A DNA stretch of 64,000 nt from Octopus bimaculoides (Eukaryota). Under the pieces are notes generated by a model. That model was not told where the DNA came from, searched no databases, and saw only the letters and a program-made list of their open reading frames with translations. A program made the translations under genes and the position numbers. This document shows positions 50,015 through 63,609 of this stretch, piece after piece. The stretch covers positions 59,544,628-59,608,627 of the forward strand of contig NC_068989.1 in NCBI RefSeq assembly GCF_001194135.2. The letters run 5' to 3'. Each line of letters starts with the position of its first letter. The stretch's first letter is position 1.

Positions 50015-50108
50015 GGATGGAGCACGAGCATTGTTTCTACAATGGATTGTTCCAACAGATCCAAGGACTATTACCAAACTATATATGGTAGCATTTTATT
50101 ATTCATAG
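50015..50108 (+). other. Candidate coding exon (GWSTSIVSTMDCSNRSKDYYQTIYGSILLFI)
   Basis: Perfect donor AG|GTAAGT at 50108/50109. Acceptors are weak (50014 or 50058). One frame is open. Confidence 0.25.
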
Positions 50109-50390
50109 GTAAGTTTCGGCTGTGAAATGCATGCCCTTTATTTTGAGCTCAACTCTTCAAGAATGTTGGAACTTTATTAATTATTAAAAAAATCTCATCC
50201 ATTAAATACAGAACTATGAACAGAATTAGAAAGTTAATCCGAAGATGTCTTATATTATCGGTCGTAATAGTGATCAGTTGGAATTGTTTTGAAGAGATTT
50301 TTTAATAAAATGTTTTAATATTTCTAGATCAATATTCTTAACTGGCAACAAATAACTTTAAAGATAGATTTCATTAATTTGAGTGGTTAG

Positions 50391-50821
50391 TTGTTGTTGT
50401 TGGCACTCCGTCGCTTACGACGTCGAGGGTTCCAGGTGATCCAATCAACGGAACAGCTTGCTCGTGAAATTAACGTGCAAGTGGCTGAGCACTCCACAGA
50501 CATGTGTACCCTTAACGTAGTTCTCGGGGATATTCAGCGTGACACAGTGTGACAAGGCTGGCCCTTTGAAATACAGGTACAACAGAAACAGGAAGAAAGA
50601 GTGAGAGAAAGTTGTAGTGAAAGAGTACAGCAGGGTTCGCCACTATCCCCTGCCGGAGCGTCGTGGAGCTTTAGGTGTTTTCGCTCAATAAACACTCACA
50701 ACGCCCGGTCTGGGAATCGAAACCGCGATCCTATGACCGCGATCCTATGACCGCGATCCTATGACCGCGATCCTATGACCGCGAGTCCGCTGCCCTAACC
50801 ACTGGACCATTGCGCCTCCAC
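50391..50821 (-). mobile_element. Full-length family C SINE with TSD and internal 14-bp quadruplication
   Basis: Inverted homolog of 17053-17437. TSD AGTGGTTAG at 50382-50390 and 50824-50832. (CCGCGATCCTATGA)x4 at 50723-50778. Confidence 0.93.
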
Positions 50822-52521
50822 ATAGTGGTTAGTATGAGCAGCCTAAATATGCGATATACATTGTAAATGGATCCAATTTAAGTTTTGAAGGTATAAATAT
50901 GCTTTTGCTATTTCAATTACATGAGAGCGTTGAAGTATCAATTATAAAGTGACAGTGTGTGTAACGAATTCTATAGGTAAATTTTATCTTAGGGAATATC
51001 ATCAAAAGTTTTATTTAAAAAATCATTCTGAATCAATTCAAGAATATTTTTATAATATTTAACTCTTGCAGACTGTGGCTTAGAGGTCCATTCAGAGAAA
51101 AAGGAAGAGATGTAACAGTTAAATAAAGGAGATAGACAATCTTTCACTGAACTTGCGATACTGCTCTCACAACAACTCTTTGGAACGTCTCTCCAATATA
51201 GGCTTAGTGCTTAAAAACTCACACATAGATTTTAGCCGACGAGAATAGTCTGTCATGGGCGCCGAATATTCCATATCACGTGATTTCGGTCTACTGACAG
51301 ACGATATTCGTCGACTACGATCTAGGTGTGTGCTTTTATGCACCAAGCACCTATAAGAGGGGGGTCTCTCAAGGCGAATAATGCAATATTCGGTGCTCTA
51401 ACAAGACATCCATATTAAGTTGGATATTCAAAAATATTAGTTTGATTTTTAATGTTAATTAAATCAACTTAATTTAACGTTAAATGCAGTGAGAAGAGAA
51501 TCTGATGGTTAACATATAGTGTCAACACCGGCAGAGTCAAACTGGTTTTGCAGATCTCAGGATGGCTGGAGAAAGTTTATAGGATTCTGAAGAAGAGACA
51601 CAATAATATCATACCAAATTCGGCTGTTTGTGAGACATGCCATTTACTTGCATATCTCATTAGCTTCTTTAAAGTATCTCCGTCCTCCTACTACCATCAC
51701 TATCATAATGTTAGGTATTGACAAATCCAGCCTCAAGGAATCTGCATCAAGGCTACTAAATAAATGAATGAGCAAGTAGTGGCACTGAGTATGTAATACC
51801 AAATATTAGCTTTTTGTTGCTGGAAATCTTAATAGGTAAGTGAATAGGGCAGAACACATCTCTTTGCAAAACGAATATACAGAACAGTTAGAGCTGAGCA
51901 ATCCAAGCCCTTGAAACGCTCATCAAATATACTGCGCCCCACAATTTGCAGCAGTAACTTTATCCTCTTATTACGTTGTTTTTACAGCCATGTGTACCAA
52001 ACCACTGGTTGGTGAACTGTCTTAACCACGTACATGTTGCAGCATTTGTAGTAATACGTAAGCCATAAACCATTCGATCGACACCCATCCTATATGGCTG
52101 CCAATACTAAACTACAGATACCCTTCAATGATCTTTTAAGTCGCGCCTTTCCCCATCAGAAACGTCTTCTCCTATGACACAATAGAAAGGTATTTGCTCG
52201 TAGATATTCTACGTTGTTATTGTTTTCATCGTTGTCATCGTCGTCGTCGTCGTCGTTGTTGTTAATGTTGTTTAAATCTTGATTAACTCTATGATGAAAT
52301 GGATTCCAGACGTGACCATCTTACCTTTTATTTTATAGGGACTCACTACATGGTCCCCCGTTTCCTCATTGTTTATTAGATATCATTTGTGTGTGTGTGT
52401 GTGTGTGTGTCTGTGTGTGTGTGTGTGTGTGCGTGTGTGTGTGTGCGTGTGTGTGTGTGTGTATTCTTATATGTATGTGCATGTACTTATACATATACAC
52501 ATATATTTGTANNNNNNNNNN

Positions 52522-52554
<33 letters not shown>

Positions 52555-54368
52555 GCATATACATACATACATATATATATACATATGCATATACATACAT
52601 ACATATATATATACATATATATATACATATATATATATGCATATGTGTGTATATATGTATATATGTATATAATTTGTATGTGTGTATGCATATATACATA
52701 TAATATATATGTAATTTCATGTATCTATATACATACATACGTGTGTGTACGTATGTATATATGTATGTATGTATTATGTATGTATGTATGTATGTCCAGC
52801 CGGATCTCATGCTGTGTTACTACACAACAGATATATATCTATGCAGTACCTCAGAAATATCCCAACCTGGCAGCTGGCATTGTAGGATATAATTTATATG
52901 CGATAATATTGTGGATATGTGATAATCTATCTTGGTATTATTGGTGTCAAGAGTGTAAATAATTGAACATTAGCTTGACTACATCGGTATCAGTAGATAA
53001 AATAAGTTCGATACTCGATATTAATTTCACTTGATATCGCACGGGTATTATATATTCTATATTAATATCAATATAAATAATATTTGGATGTCCTACATTA
53101 TTTTTATTGCTATATTATTTTTATTGCCTATATTATTTTTACAGGAAAGACAGAATATCAAATATTTTATGTTGATTTCAACGGTTATAATAATACAGTA
53201 TTAAATGTTCTACATTAAGAGTATTAAATTGTTTACATTAATGTCATCACGTGTAAAAACACTCTCTTATGTTAGTGTCAATAGAGGTAACAGGGAGACA
53301 TTGGATAGTCTACATTAATGTCAGAAGGTGTGATACCAATATTGTGCTGATGTAATGTAGGTATCTAATCCAGATACTCGTCAGTGATTATATAAACGTT
53401 TAAGCAGAAAAATAGATATCTTCCACTCTGAATCAGAAATATTTTAATAGATTTGCAAAGAATATTTTATCTACAAAACATTTTTCTTCTTTGTTTTTTT
53501 CTTTCTTTAAAGATTCTGCTTATTTTTCCTTCATTCCTTCCATTCTTATTTATTGTCGAAGCTTCTTTCTGCTTTATTCTACTCCCTTATTTTTCTTTCT
53601 TTTTTTTTTCCTATCTTCCTTCCAGTTGTTACTGATGCTGTTGCTAGTTAATGATCTGGTTATGAGCTGTCGTTCATAAATATACACAAATTATTCATCT
53701 AATCCAGTACAATATAGTGCTCTAATCCAGTAAAATCCAGATTAAATGATTGACGTACAGATTACATTGACGTCACAATCTAGTTGACTGCCAAAACAAA
53801 ACCGAACAATTTATAGGTCAATAACAGTAATCACTCAAACAAAAGTGCTGTTGGAGCTAAACGCATTGAAATGCCAAGTGCTTCTCATATTGCTATTTAA
53901 TATAAAGATTAACTCAAATAATCCATAGTGAAAAGGAAAGTTTATAAAACCAGACTATAAAGAACAAACAACTCTTCCAATTGCATTTGCAATTGCTAAC
54001 CACTATTTATCACCCTATGGCTAGTTACTTTTAGTAAAAGTATATTCTACTAGGCATGCAAGCCTGTTATTTATTTTATATTCATTTCTATGAATATTTA
54101 TAAAGCTTAATCTTCATAAGGTTGACTAAAATGGCTAAATGAAGATTAATAATAGATCGCTGATATTCATGACAGCTTGAAAAAAGTGAAGTTGAATTGT
54201 GTGAAACTTTAATCGAAATCGTAGATGGGTGAGTTTAAGTACAAAATTTGACCGAAAGCTCTACCATTTCTGATGGTTCACTGTCCAACTATTTTGATTT
54301 CTTGACTTCTTGAGGATTCCTTTAAACTATTACAAGAAGTTTAACCTTTGTTCCATGGGGATAACGGT

Positions 54369-54570
54369 GAGATATCAGTCGTGGAAATTGTGAGATATCA
54401 GTAGAGGTAACTGTGAGATATTAGTTGTGGGAACAGTAATATCTGTAGGGGGTAACTCTGAGATATCAGTTGTAAGAACAGTGTGATATCACTAGTGAGA
54501 ATAGTATGGATATATCAGTTGTGGGAACAATGAAATATCTGAAGTGGTGAGAGCGAGATATCAGCAATCT
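54369..54570. repeat. Degenerate ~23-bp minisatellite (GAGATATCAGTTGTGGGAACAGT-like)
   Basis: About nine recurring GATATCAG-anchored units. Confidence 0.75.
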
Positions 54571-55699
54571 TACATTAGTGACATCAGGTATAAGAACAAT
54601 GCTATGTATGTAATCCTCTATCAGAGCTGGATATCAATGTGAAAATAGATATTCTTCATTAATGTCACCGTGTCAACTAAAACGATATCAAATATCCTGT
54701 ATTGATATGTGTGTGTTAATGTGTGGCAGACACTTTTCAGTGACTGCATAACATTTAAGGAGAAAAAAATAGATATATTCTACGAGTTGTTTTGAATCAA
54801 ATATTTCAATTAGATTTACAGAAAAGTGTATTGTAAGTTGCTTGAAATAGTGTTATATGTACGTACAAGAAATGTTCTTAAAATAACATTTGAGCAACGC
54901 AGTCAGAAAAATATGTAAGGTGATGTAAATAAATATAAACATAGTTAGATTAATGATCCTATAACGTTACGAGAAAGATTATTTTTTTCAAATATAAAAA
55001 AGAAAAATGTATATTTATGTGTGTGTGTGTGTGCGCGCGCGCGCGTGTGTGTGTATGTGTAGTATAAAAACTTACTGCATGGTAAACCCTAGTTTCACCC
55101 TTAATATAAAATACATCAACAAATTTCTCATCATATAGCAAATTATTCAGAGGATATGTGACTTCTATACCTACACAGCTCTTTACAGGCCAATAATAAT
55201 TTTTCTTAATTTCTTCGGCTTTAAAAACAGTCACGATAATAAATTTCTCTGTTCTTTTTCGTTTGGCATTCAAATACAATTAGCATTATCTTCACTAAAT
55301 TTTATTCTTCCTCTTGTTCAATGAAAACATATGAAACGTTATGATGTATCTTAAATATATTAGCACACTTGTAAAAGTCAACCAAGGATTATAAATTGTT
55401 TGTAGGTAATCGTTGTACTGAAATTATTGTCTTCTTACGGACACGGTCAATGCTTTTACAATAAGAGTGTCAGGGATTAAATCAATTCTGTGTAAAACTG
55501 GTTCTTGTTCTATCGTCCTTGGATGAATTAAAGATAAAGCCAACTTGGCGGTTCACTATTTTTAACGAATAATGTTATTTAGTATTTTACGATAGTCTTA
55601 CCCAGTGGAAATAGAAGACGGCTACTTATATTTATAAATTTATTGCTGATTTACAATAAGAGATCGAATACCTAAAATTTCAGTTAAAACTACGAAAGT

Positions 55700-55990
55700 A
55701 TCTTTCACTTGCTTGCTGCTTCATGTTCTTGCTTGATGGAGCTAGGTCATACCAGAGACGTCATCATGCTTAGAGCCGACCAAGACCCCCAGTGCTCTCC
55801 ATCGCTGACGGTCCCGTGCCAACCCCTCTACACCTTCCAAGGTGACGTGACGTCGAGCCTCTGGAGATCTTCCTTAATCGCGTTCAGCCATTTAGTGCGG
55901 AGCCTCCTACGAGGCCTCATCCAGCTGCAGCTATTGCGTCGAATAAGAATCAAGCTCTGACAGGATGATCTGGCCGAAGACCTTTGGCTC
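55700..55990 (-). mobile_element. RTE-clade LINE 3' end
   Basis: RPRRRLRTKWLNAIKEDL...EGLARDRQRWR is the typical RTE C-terminus. Confidence 0.8.
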
Positions 55991-56599
55991 ATATATAAAA
56001 AAAAACGTGTAAATCACATTCCCATAAGATAGAATACCGCATCACTACTCATGATTTGTTGTATATATATGAAAAACTTCAGGTGAACAAGGAGAAAGAG
56101 TGAACTGTACTGAAGGCTGCACGTCACATTCCTTCAAGAATACCAAGACGGGACCTGTTTCTCTGGAAGATAACCTGTTGTTCTTTTTGTTACTGTTTAG
56201 TGCATGTCATCTCCGAATTGGAAGGTCTCTGGCCTTACTGTCTCTTCATTGTCATTCGTATCTAGAACTAGCTCACTTCTCAAGACTGTGAGCTGTAATT
56301 TTTTTGTTGCTATTTCTTGCAAGTTGTGAGACCAAGCAGAAGCTGGGACTTTCTTAATAAACGTAATCTGTACAATGCAACTATCTGACGAAAGACGGCG
56401 TTCACTCTACGAGAACAGGGAAACGTTCTATTCACCTGTGAATGAAACATAAGTGGGTGCGGCAGAATTAATACGAATTGGTGTAAAGGGAAGAGCGTAT
56501 AGCGAAAGTGAAGGGTTTCGGTTGTTTAGAGTATTCTGATCGCTTTTGAGTGGCTATTTCTTGACTATGGACATCTCTGTTAATATGTTTGTAAATATC

Positions 56600-59340
56600 T
56601 ACAAATTCTATATTATATATGCATGATGAATATAAGAGGCCTGCTGCAGAACAACAGCAAATGCAAAATTGAGCACCTGAGGAATCTTTCTGCATGTAAT
56701 CAAGCTATATGCATTGCACTTACAGAAACAGTCTATCAGCAGACATAAGTGATGCGGAGATACCAATGTAAGTTATCTTCCGTACAGACAGAAGAAAAAT
56801 AAGTCACGGTGGAGTTGCAATGTACATCCGAGAAGATGTCACACCATTAACCCTGTTATCGAACTCGAACTCGGCGTGTGACACACTCATACTACATCTA
56901 AAGCAACTTGATATAGTTATATATACACTATATCGCCCACTTGATACCTCAAATCATGATTGAAAATTTGAGGAATGCATCAGTGCAATAAAGGAAATAC
57001 TAATAGAATTGGATCAACGTACTACTATATTCTTGATGGGTAACTTCAACTTCCCCAACATCAGGTGGCCTGAGGGCAATATAATCCTAGGAATGACGCA
57101 CAAAGAGCGAAATCAAGCAGATTCTCTACCTGATCTTACGAAAATGCTATTCATGGAGCAGATCATACTCTTTCCAACCAGGCACAAAAATATTCTGGAC
57201 CTTTGTTTCACAAACAATGTGGAAATTATCCACAACGTAAATATATCACCGACAATATTTTCAGTCCATAACATGGTAGAACTCACAGTGTATGGACCGG
57301 AATTAACTAAAGATAAACTCCGCACAGATGGCGCTCAAACCCTATCCAGCCTAAATTTCTATAAGGCTGACTGGAAGTCACTTGAAAAACAGATACTCCA
57401 GCAGGACTGGCCTAAAAGCCTCTCTATGCAAGACATAGATATGAAACTCATGTCGATAATGCGAGCCATATGTATTAAATAGGTCCCAGAGAAGGGAGCC
57501 AATACTCACAAAACATCATTCCCCGAGATAGGATAATACACATGCGGCGGAAAATAAAGATCTCGAATCGTTTAAACAAACACTTTAATGACAGTGTGAA
57601 ATCCCACCTGACAGGGGAACTCTTCGAGATAGAAAATAGACTCAAAATCTCCCATGAAAAAGAAAGAGAAGAGAAACCTGGGCAGTCGAAAATATAAAAA
57701 GAAATCCTAAAGCCTTCTACACGTTGGTAAAGGATTCTGCCTCAGTACGCTATAAGATAGGGCCACTATTTGGTAAAAACGGTTCACTAACTGCAGACCC
57801 GGTGAAGATAAGTGAAGCACTAAATAAACAATTCCGAAGTGTTTTCACTTCTCTACTGGAAAATATGCAAATAAACAAGCCGAAGGAGATTTTCAATGTA
57901 ATGAATCTATTCGAAAAAGAGGCAACCATCGATTACATCAAAATAACAGAAGAGGATGTAATATTGGCCATTGATAAGATGAGATCAAACTTAGCAACAG
58001 GCCTAGATGGATTCCCAGCTGTTCTCTTAAAGACATATAAAAAGACTCTTGCAAAGTCACTGCGGATACTCTTTCAGAGTTTCTTGCATGTGGTAAACTT
58101 CCCAACTTGCTAAAAGAGAGTATAATCTGCCCTGTCCATAAAGGAAGGAACAGAGCAGAGCAGATGCTAAAAACTACAGGCCCATCTCTCTGACCTCACA
58201 TGTTAGCAAGACAATGGAACACATTGTCAGAAAAAGGCTTCTCACAAATACGTAACATGGCTTCCGTCCAGGGAGGAGATGCCTCACACAGTTGCTGCAG
58301 TACTGGGTACTGAAGCAACAGCTAAACCAGTCAGTTGTAGGCATGATATACCTCGACTTTTCTAAGGCTTTCGACAATGTTGATCATGGAAATAGAAGTC
58401 ACAAGCTGCGAAACCTTGGTATTATTGGGAAACTGGGAAAGTGGCTGCAAGATTTTCTGAAGGGCAGGAGTCAGACAGTCGTAGCCAATGGTGCTCACTC
58501 TGAAGAGACACCAATTCTCAACGGAGTCCCACAGGGAACTGTACCGGGGCCACTACTATTTGTGGTGGCCCTCTCAGACATGCCCTCTGCGGTACAGTTA
58601 GCCTATCTTACCGGTTATGCTGACGACATAAAAGTATCGCAAGCAGTTAGAAACCCAGAGGACGTCATAAAACTGCAGAAAGACCTGAACAAAATCTACG
58701 AATGGGCAAACAAAAATAACATGCAGTTCAATGCTATGAAATTTCAGGCACTTTACTATCAGTCCAACGCCAGGCTAACATCGGAATATACTGGATCAGA
58801 AGTTAATATGATCCCAGAGTCAGAGTCGGTGCGTGACCTGGGGGTTCACATGAGCAATGATGCAACATTCCATGTGCATATTGCCAAGATGACAACACTG
58901 TGCAGGCGAGTGGCTGGATAGATTCTGAGGACATTCAGAACCAGGAAAAGAGAAGCCCTGCTACTCCTATGGAGGACTTTCGTTCTCAGCCGCTTGGACT
59001 ACTGCTACCAACGATGGTCCCCAGAGAGTGTGAATCCAGCGCCAATGCATAAAGAAGATTGATTCGATGCAAAAGATGGGCTACTGGGAGAGACTAAAGG
59101 AGCTAAGTCTCAATTCCCTGGAGAGAAGACGAGAGAGATATGTGGTAATATATATTTAGAAGATCTTGGAGGGTTTAGCTCCCAATTTTGGAATTGACAG
59201 CTATACCGATTCTCGAACTGGACGGCACTGCATCATACCAAAGCTCCCGTCTTCCCCATCTAAAATAAGGACACAGTACTGCAATAATCTGGGTTTCAAG
59301 GGTCCGCAATTGTTCAACATCCTTCCAGACAACCTTAAAT
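56600..59340 (+). mobile_element. Decayed CR1-type LINE ORF2 (APE endonuclease plus RT)
   Basis: NIRGL, ALTET, RTDR..HGGVAMYI, MGNFNFPNI, ILDLCFTN, YRPISLTS, YLDFSKAFDNVDHG, GVPQGTVPGPLLF, YADD and LERRR. Multiple stops and frameshifts; cut by a (TA)n gap. Confidence 0.95.
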
Positions 59341-59458
59341 ATATATATATATATANNNNNNNNNNNNNNNNNNNNNNNNNNNNNNNNNNNNNNNNNNNNN
59401 NNNNNNNNNNNNNNNNNNNNNNNNNNNNNNNNNNNNNNNNNNNNNNNNNNNNNNNATA

Positions 59459-59610
<152 letters not shown>

Positions 59611-59925
59611 GAGACCGAAACAAAGAGAAAGATACTCACACACACACACTCACAGATACACACTCACGCACATATATATATATCATTTAATTAATACAGA
59701 AGTTATAAAGGAGCTACTTCAAGTTTCATGCTCGGGCGGCGCTTTGTTCTGATGCGCGTCCGAACACTGCAGTATCTGATCTTGAAATTTGAAGTATATT
59801 ACGTGTAGCTAGTGTATTCATTAAATTATATTTCACTCACGCTGACTCCAATGGTCTTTTTTTTTTCTTGGCTGATTCTCTCAGTCCTATCAACATGAAA
59901 ACAGTATGCAATACACACGCACGCA

Positions 59926-59962
<37 letters not shown>

Positions 59963-60130
59963 ACACACATATATACGTACATACATACGCACATTCATAT
60001 ATGCATACATTCATACATACAGCCATATATACATATATATAGATATATATATATAGATATGTGTATATAATAGATGGATAAATGGACAAATTTAAACATA
60101 TATACAAACATATACGTATATATATATTAA

Positions 60131-60169
<39 letters not shown>

Positions 60170-61073
60170 ACTTGGGGATGGTCATATTGCCAGTTTAGCC
60201 AATAAAAACACACGCACTGTATATTTGGTGTTAATTTNNNNNNNNNNNNNNNNNNNNNNNNNNNNNNNNNNNNNNNNNNNNNNNNNNNNNNNNNNNNNNN
60301 NNNNNNNNNNNNNNNNNNNNNNNNNNNNNNNNNNNNNNNNNNNNNNNNNNNNNNNNNNNNNNNNNNNNNNNNNNNNNNNNNNNNNNNNNNNNNNNNNNNN
60401 NNNNNNNNNNNNNNNNNNNNNNNNNNNNNNNNNNNNNNNNNNNNNNNNNNNNNNNNNNNNNNNNNNNNNNNNNNNNNNNNNNNNNNNNNNNNNNNNNNNN
60501 NNNNNNNNNNNNNNNNNNNNNNNNNNNNNNNNNNNNNNNNNNNNNNNNNNNNNNNNNNNNNNNNNNNNNNNNNNNNNNNNNNNNNNNNNNNNNNNNNNNN
60601 NNNNNNNNNNNNNNNNNNNNNNNNNNNNNNNNNNNNNNNNNNNNNNNNNNNNNNNNNNNNNNNNNNNNNNNNNNNNNNNNNNNNNNNNNNNNNNNNNNNN
60701 NNNNNNNNNNNNNNNNNNNNNNNNNNNNNNNNNNNNNNNNNNNNNNNNNNNNNNNNNNNNNNNNNNNNNNNNNNNNNNNNNNNNNNNNNNNNNNNNNNNN
60801 NNNNNNNNNNNNNNNNNNNNNNNNNNNNNNNNNNNNNNNNNNNNNNNNNNNNNNNNNNNNNNNNNNNNNNNNNNNNNNNNNNNNNNNNNNNNNNNNNNNN
60901 NNNNNNNNNNNNNNNNNNNNNNNNNNNNNNNNNNNNNNNNNNNNNNNNNNNNNNNNNNNNNNNNNNNNNNNNNNNNNNNNNNNNNNNNNNNNNNNNNNNN
61001 NNNNNNNNNNNNNNNNNNNNNNNNNNNNNNNNNNNNNNNNNNNNNNNNNNNNNNNNNNNNNNNNNNNNNNNNA

Positions 61074-61106
<33 letters not shown>

Positions 61107-63289
61107 GTGTGTGTATGTATGTATGTATGTATGTATGTATGTATGTATGTATACATTGACTAGCTATGGAAATGCAGTAAAGCAAATTAGAAATCAAGGG
61201 GCTTCACAGGCAAAAAAATGGTTGAGAACCACTGCTTTTACCCTGAGTTCAATTATCACCCTTCGACAGTCAATTAGCATTGAATAGCTTGCGAGTAAAT
61301 GTGTCTATCAGAAACCATTTTTGCTTTTAATCATAGCAGCAAAACATTGTTGATAAAGAGTTATTTTAGGCGTTGTTTTGGGTGATGGGTTGCCAGAATC
61401 GTTTGAGAGTCGAACAAAATATCTCCCGGTGTTTGTTCCGGCTCTTTAAATACTGAGTTCAGATTCTGTCAAGATCAACCTTCCATGGTAGATATAACAA
61501 CATACTAATCAAATACCAGGGTCTTTTTAATCGGCTGGCGATCTATACCAACATGTAATAAGCTAGTGTGCTTGAGCCGAAATTCTGCACAATCATAGCA
61601 TTCTGACAACAGGTGATGAGAATACATTGCTGCAGTATCGATGTTGTTTGTCTGTATCTTCCTATATCGCTCTCCAACTCCGCACTCAAACACACATGCA
61701 CACACATACACGCACACGCGCTCACACACACACACACACACACACACACAACTTAACATTCATACACATACAAATGTCTTTCTAACCAGCTATCTACTTC
61801 TAAACCAGTAAGAGCCCGTTAAAAAGAGAACACAAAAGGAAAAGAAGATTTAAGCTATTCTTGGAAAATTCATTAAATTTCAAGCAATCCAGAAATACGT
61901 AATTCAAATTTTAAACTAAAAGAGGAAACCATTAGCTCCGTTTCAATCAATATTACAAATATATGACTGATTTAGAAATTACTTCAATATGTTAATAATA
62001 ATGACCTGAAGTATCAAATGAGGTTTGATCGATAATACCATTCTTGAAAACCCGTCCAGTAATTAAGATATAGTTGCTGCATCCACGGAAATTCCATAGT
62101 TATTTTGTAAACTGTAAATATGTTGGAGGCATACAGGCAACATGAAATATATAATTTGATTTGAAATTATACTTATGCCATTTGATTCTGAAGAAAGTCC
62201 ATACAAGTTGCACTAAAGATACAGTCTTAAAAAAGAATGTCTTTAAAAACTATATTCTTTGTCATACGGTTGTAACAATTTTTAACTTGAGAGTCGTTGA
62301 CTATTATCTTTATCATTGCATCAAGAAGCGAACACTTGAGAAATCGCCTAAAATATGTTGAAAGAATCAAGACACTAGAAATTATCTAATATGCGTTCAA
62401 AGAGTAACCTCTGTAACAAACGCGTTAAACAACCTTAATTATGGAAGAAAATCGACGATATTATTTATTATTTTGTTGCGGCACGATTAAGTTTGCAGCA
62501 ATTTAACAAATCTACTTCCTTAGTTTCATATCAGTCACAAATGCATATGTCTCAACTTCAACCCACAATCACTGTGAACAAAGTACAGTATTTGTCCCCA
62601 TTGAAGTGAATATTCTAATAGTATATATGCATCAATAATATAGATACCATACTTATTTTAAGATGTGTATTTATTACTTGTCTTTCGAATAATATAAATG
62701 CTGTATGTGTAACAGATTATGTTTCTGCTTCATACCTATGATAGTATTTGTTTAAATCGTTTACATACGTAGACTATTGTAGAACAATATTACGTAGAAC
62801 ACACCAATACTTTTCTTGCCATAACTTAGATGGACTTAATAACAAGGAAGTAGATTCCTAGCATAACTACAGCGTTTCAGATTGTTTGTAAAGTCATACG
62901 TATTGAGCCAAATATGTGATCTGACATAGTTTAGCATAAAACAAAGCATCAAGTGGATGCAAAATGTCGATTTGATGTAGTTTCTAACATGCATGGAAAT
63001 ATATTTAATTAGTGTACAAATCCAAATGAGTAGGAAGGTCTAAGGAAATATATTTAAACTAATAATAGTTGTTTCAGGTTAATTTATAATGAAATGTCAA
63101 TCCGATATATTTGAATCGGCTACAGGGTATCTAAATCCTATTCAGTAATTACTTCTTTAATTTTTACTTAATCCATCTTAAATGAAATCATTACAAAGTA
63201 ATTAATATCGGCTACAAAATACACTCACAACTAAGACTGCATAAAACAAATAAATAAAATACAAGATAAAGAAGAGGTTCTGTGCGGTT

Positions 63290-63490
63290 ACTCGATTTGT
63301 TAAAAATAGCAAACTATTTCCTTCAAATCACGCCTAACCTTTAAAATGGAAGTAAACGTGTGTATTTAATATATTGTAGTCCTTGATACATTCACCCTAC
63401 AATACAAACGGAATGATCACAAGTTCAATGCTTCTAAACACAAGCATGCTTAGTTAGGGTCGACTCAAGGTTTAAAAACTAACAAGAGCC
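63290..63490 (+). mobile_element. Old SINE-like repeat (family D), diverged
   Basis: TGTTAAAAATAGCAAAC..TTCCTTCAAATCAC start matches the other copies. Confidence 0.4.
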
Positions 63491-63609
63491 ATTGTTTTAA
63501 ACATTTGCAAGAAGCTTCTTGGGAATTTTGCTTCGCTTATTTCATGTTGTTGTTGATTTTCTAATGAAATTAGGAAAAATTATTTTGTTTCAGAGTTATT
63601 TTATAAAAT

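Noticed and set aside
26564-53775. Four TGACGTCA palindromes (26564, 32824, 48188, 53768)
   Set aside because: They are widely scattered, and only the first has a promoter-like context.
54369-54570. CRISPR-like array
   Set aside because: Degenerate tandem units without unique spacers, in a eukaryotic context with no cas genes.
56385-56432. CTGACGA...GAAACGTT
   Set aside because: No stem I complement and no stem II closing the core.
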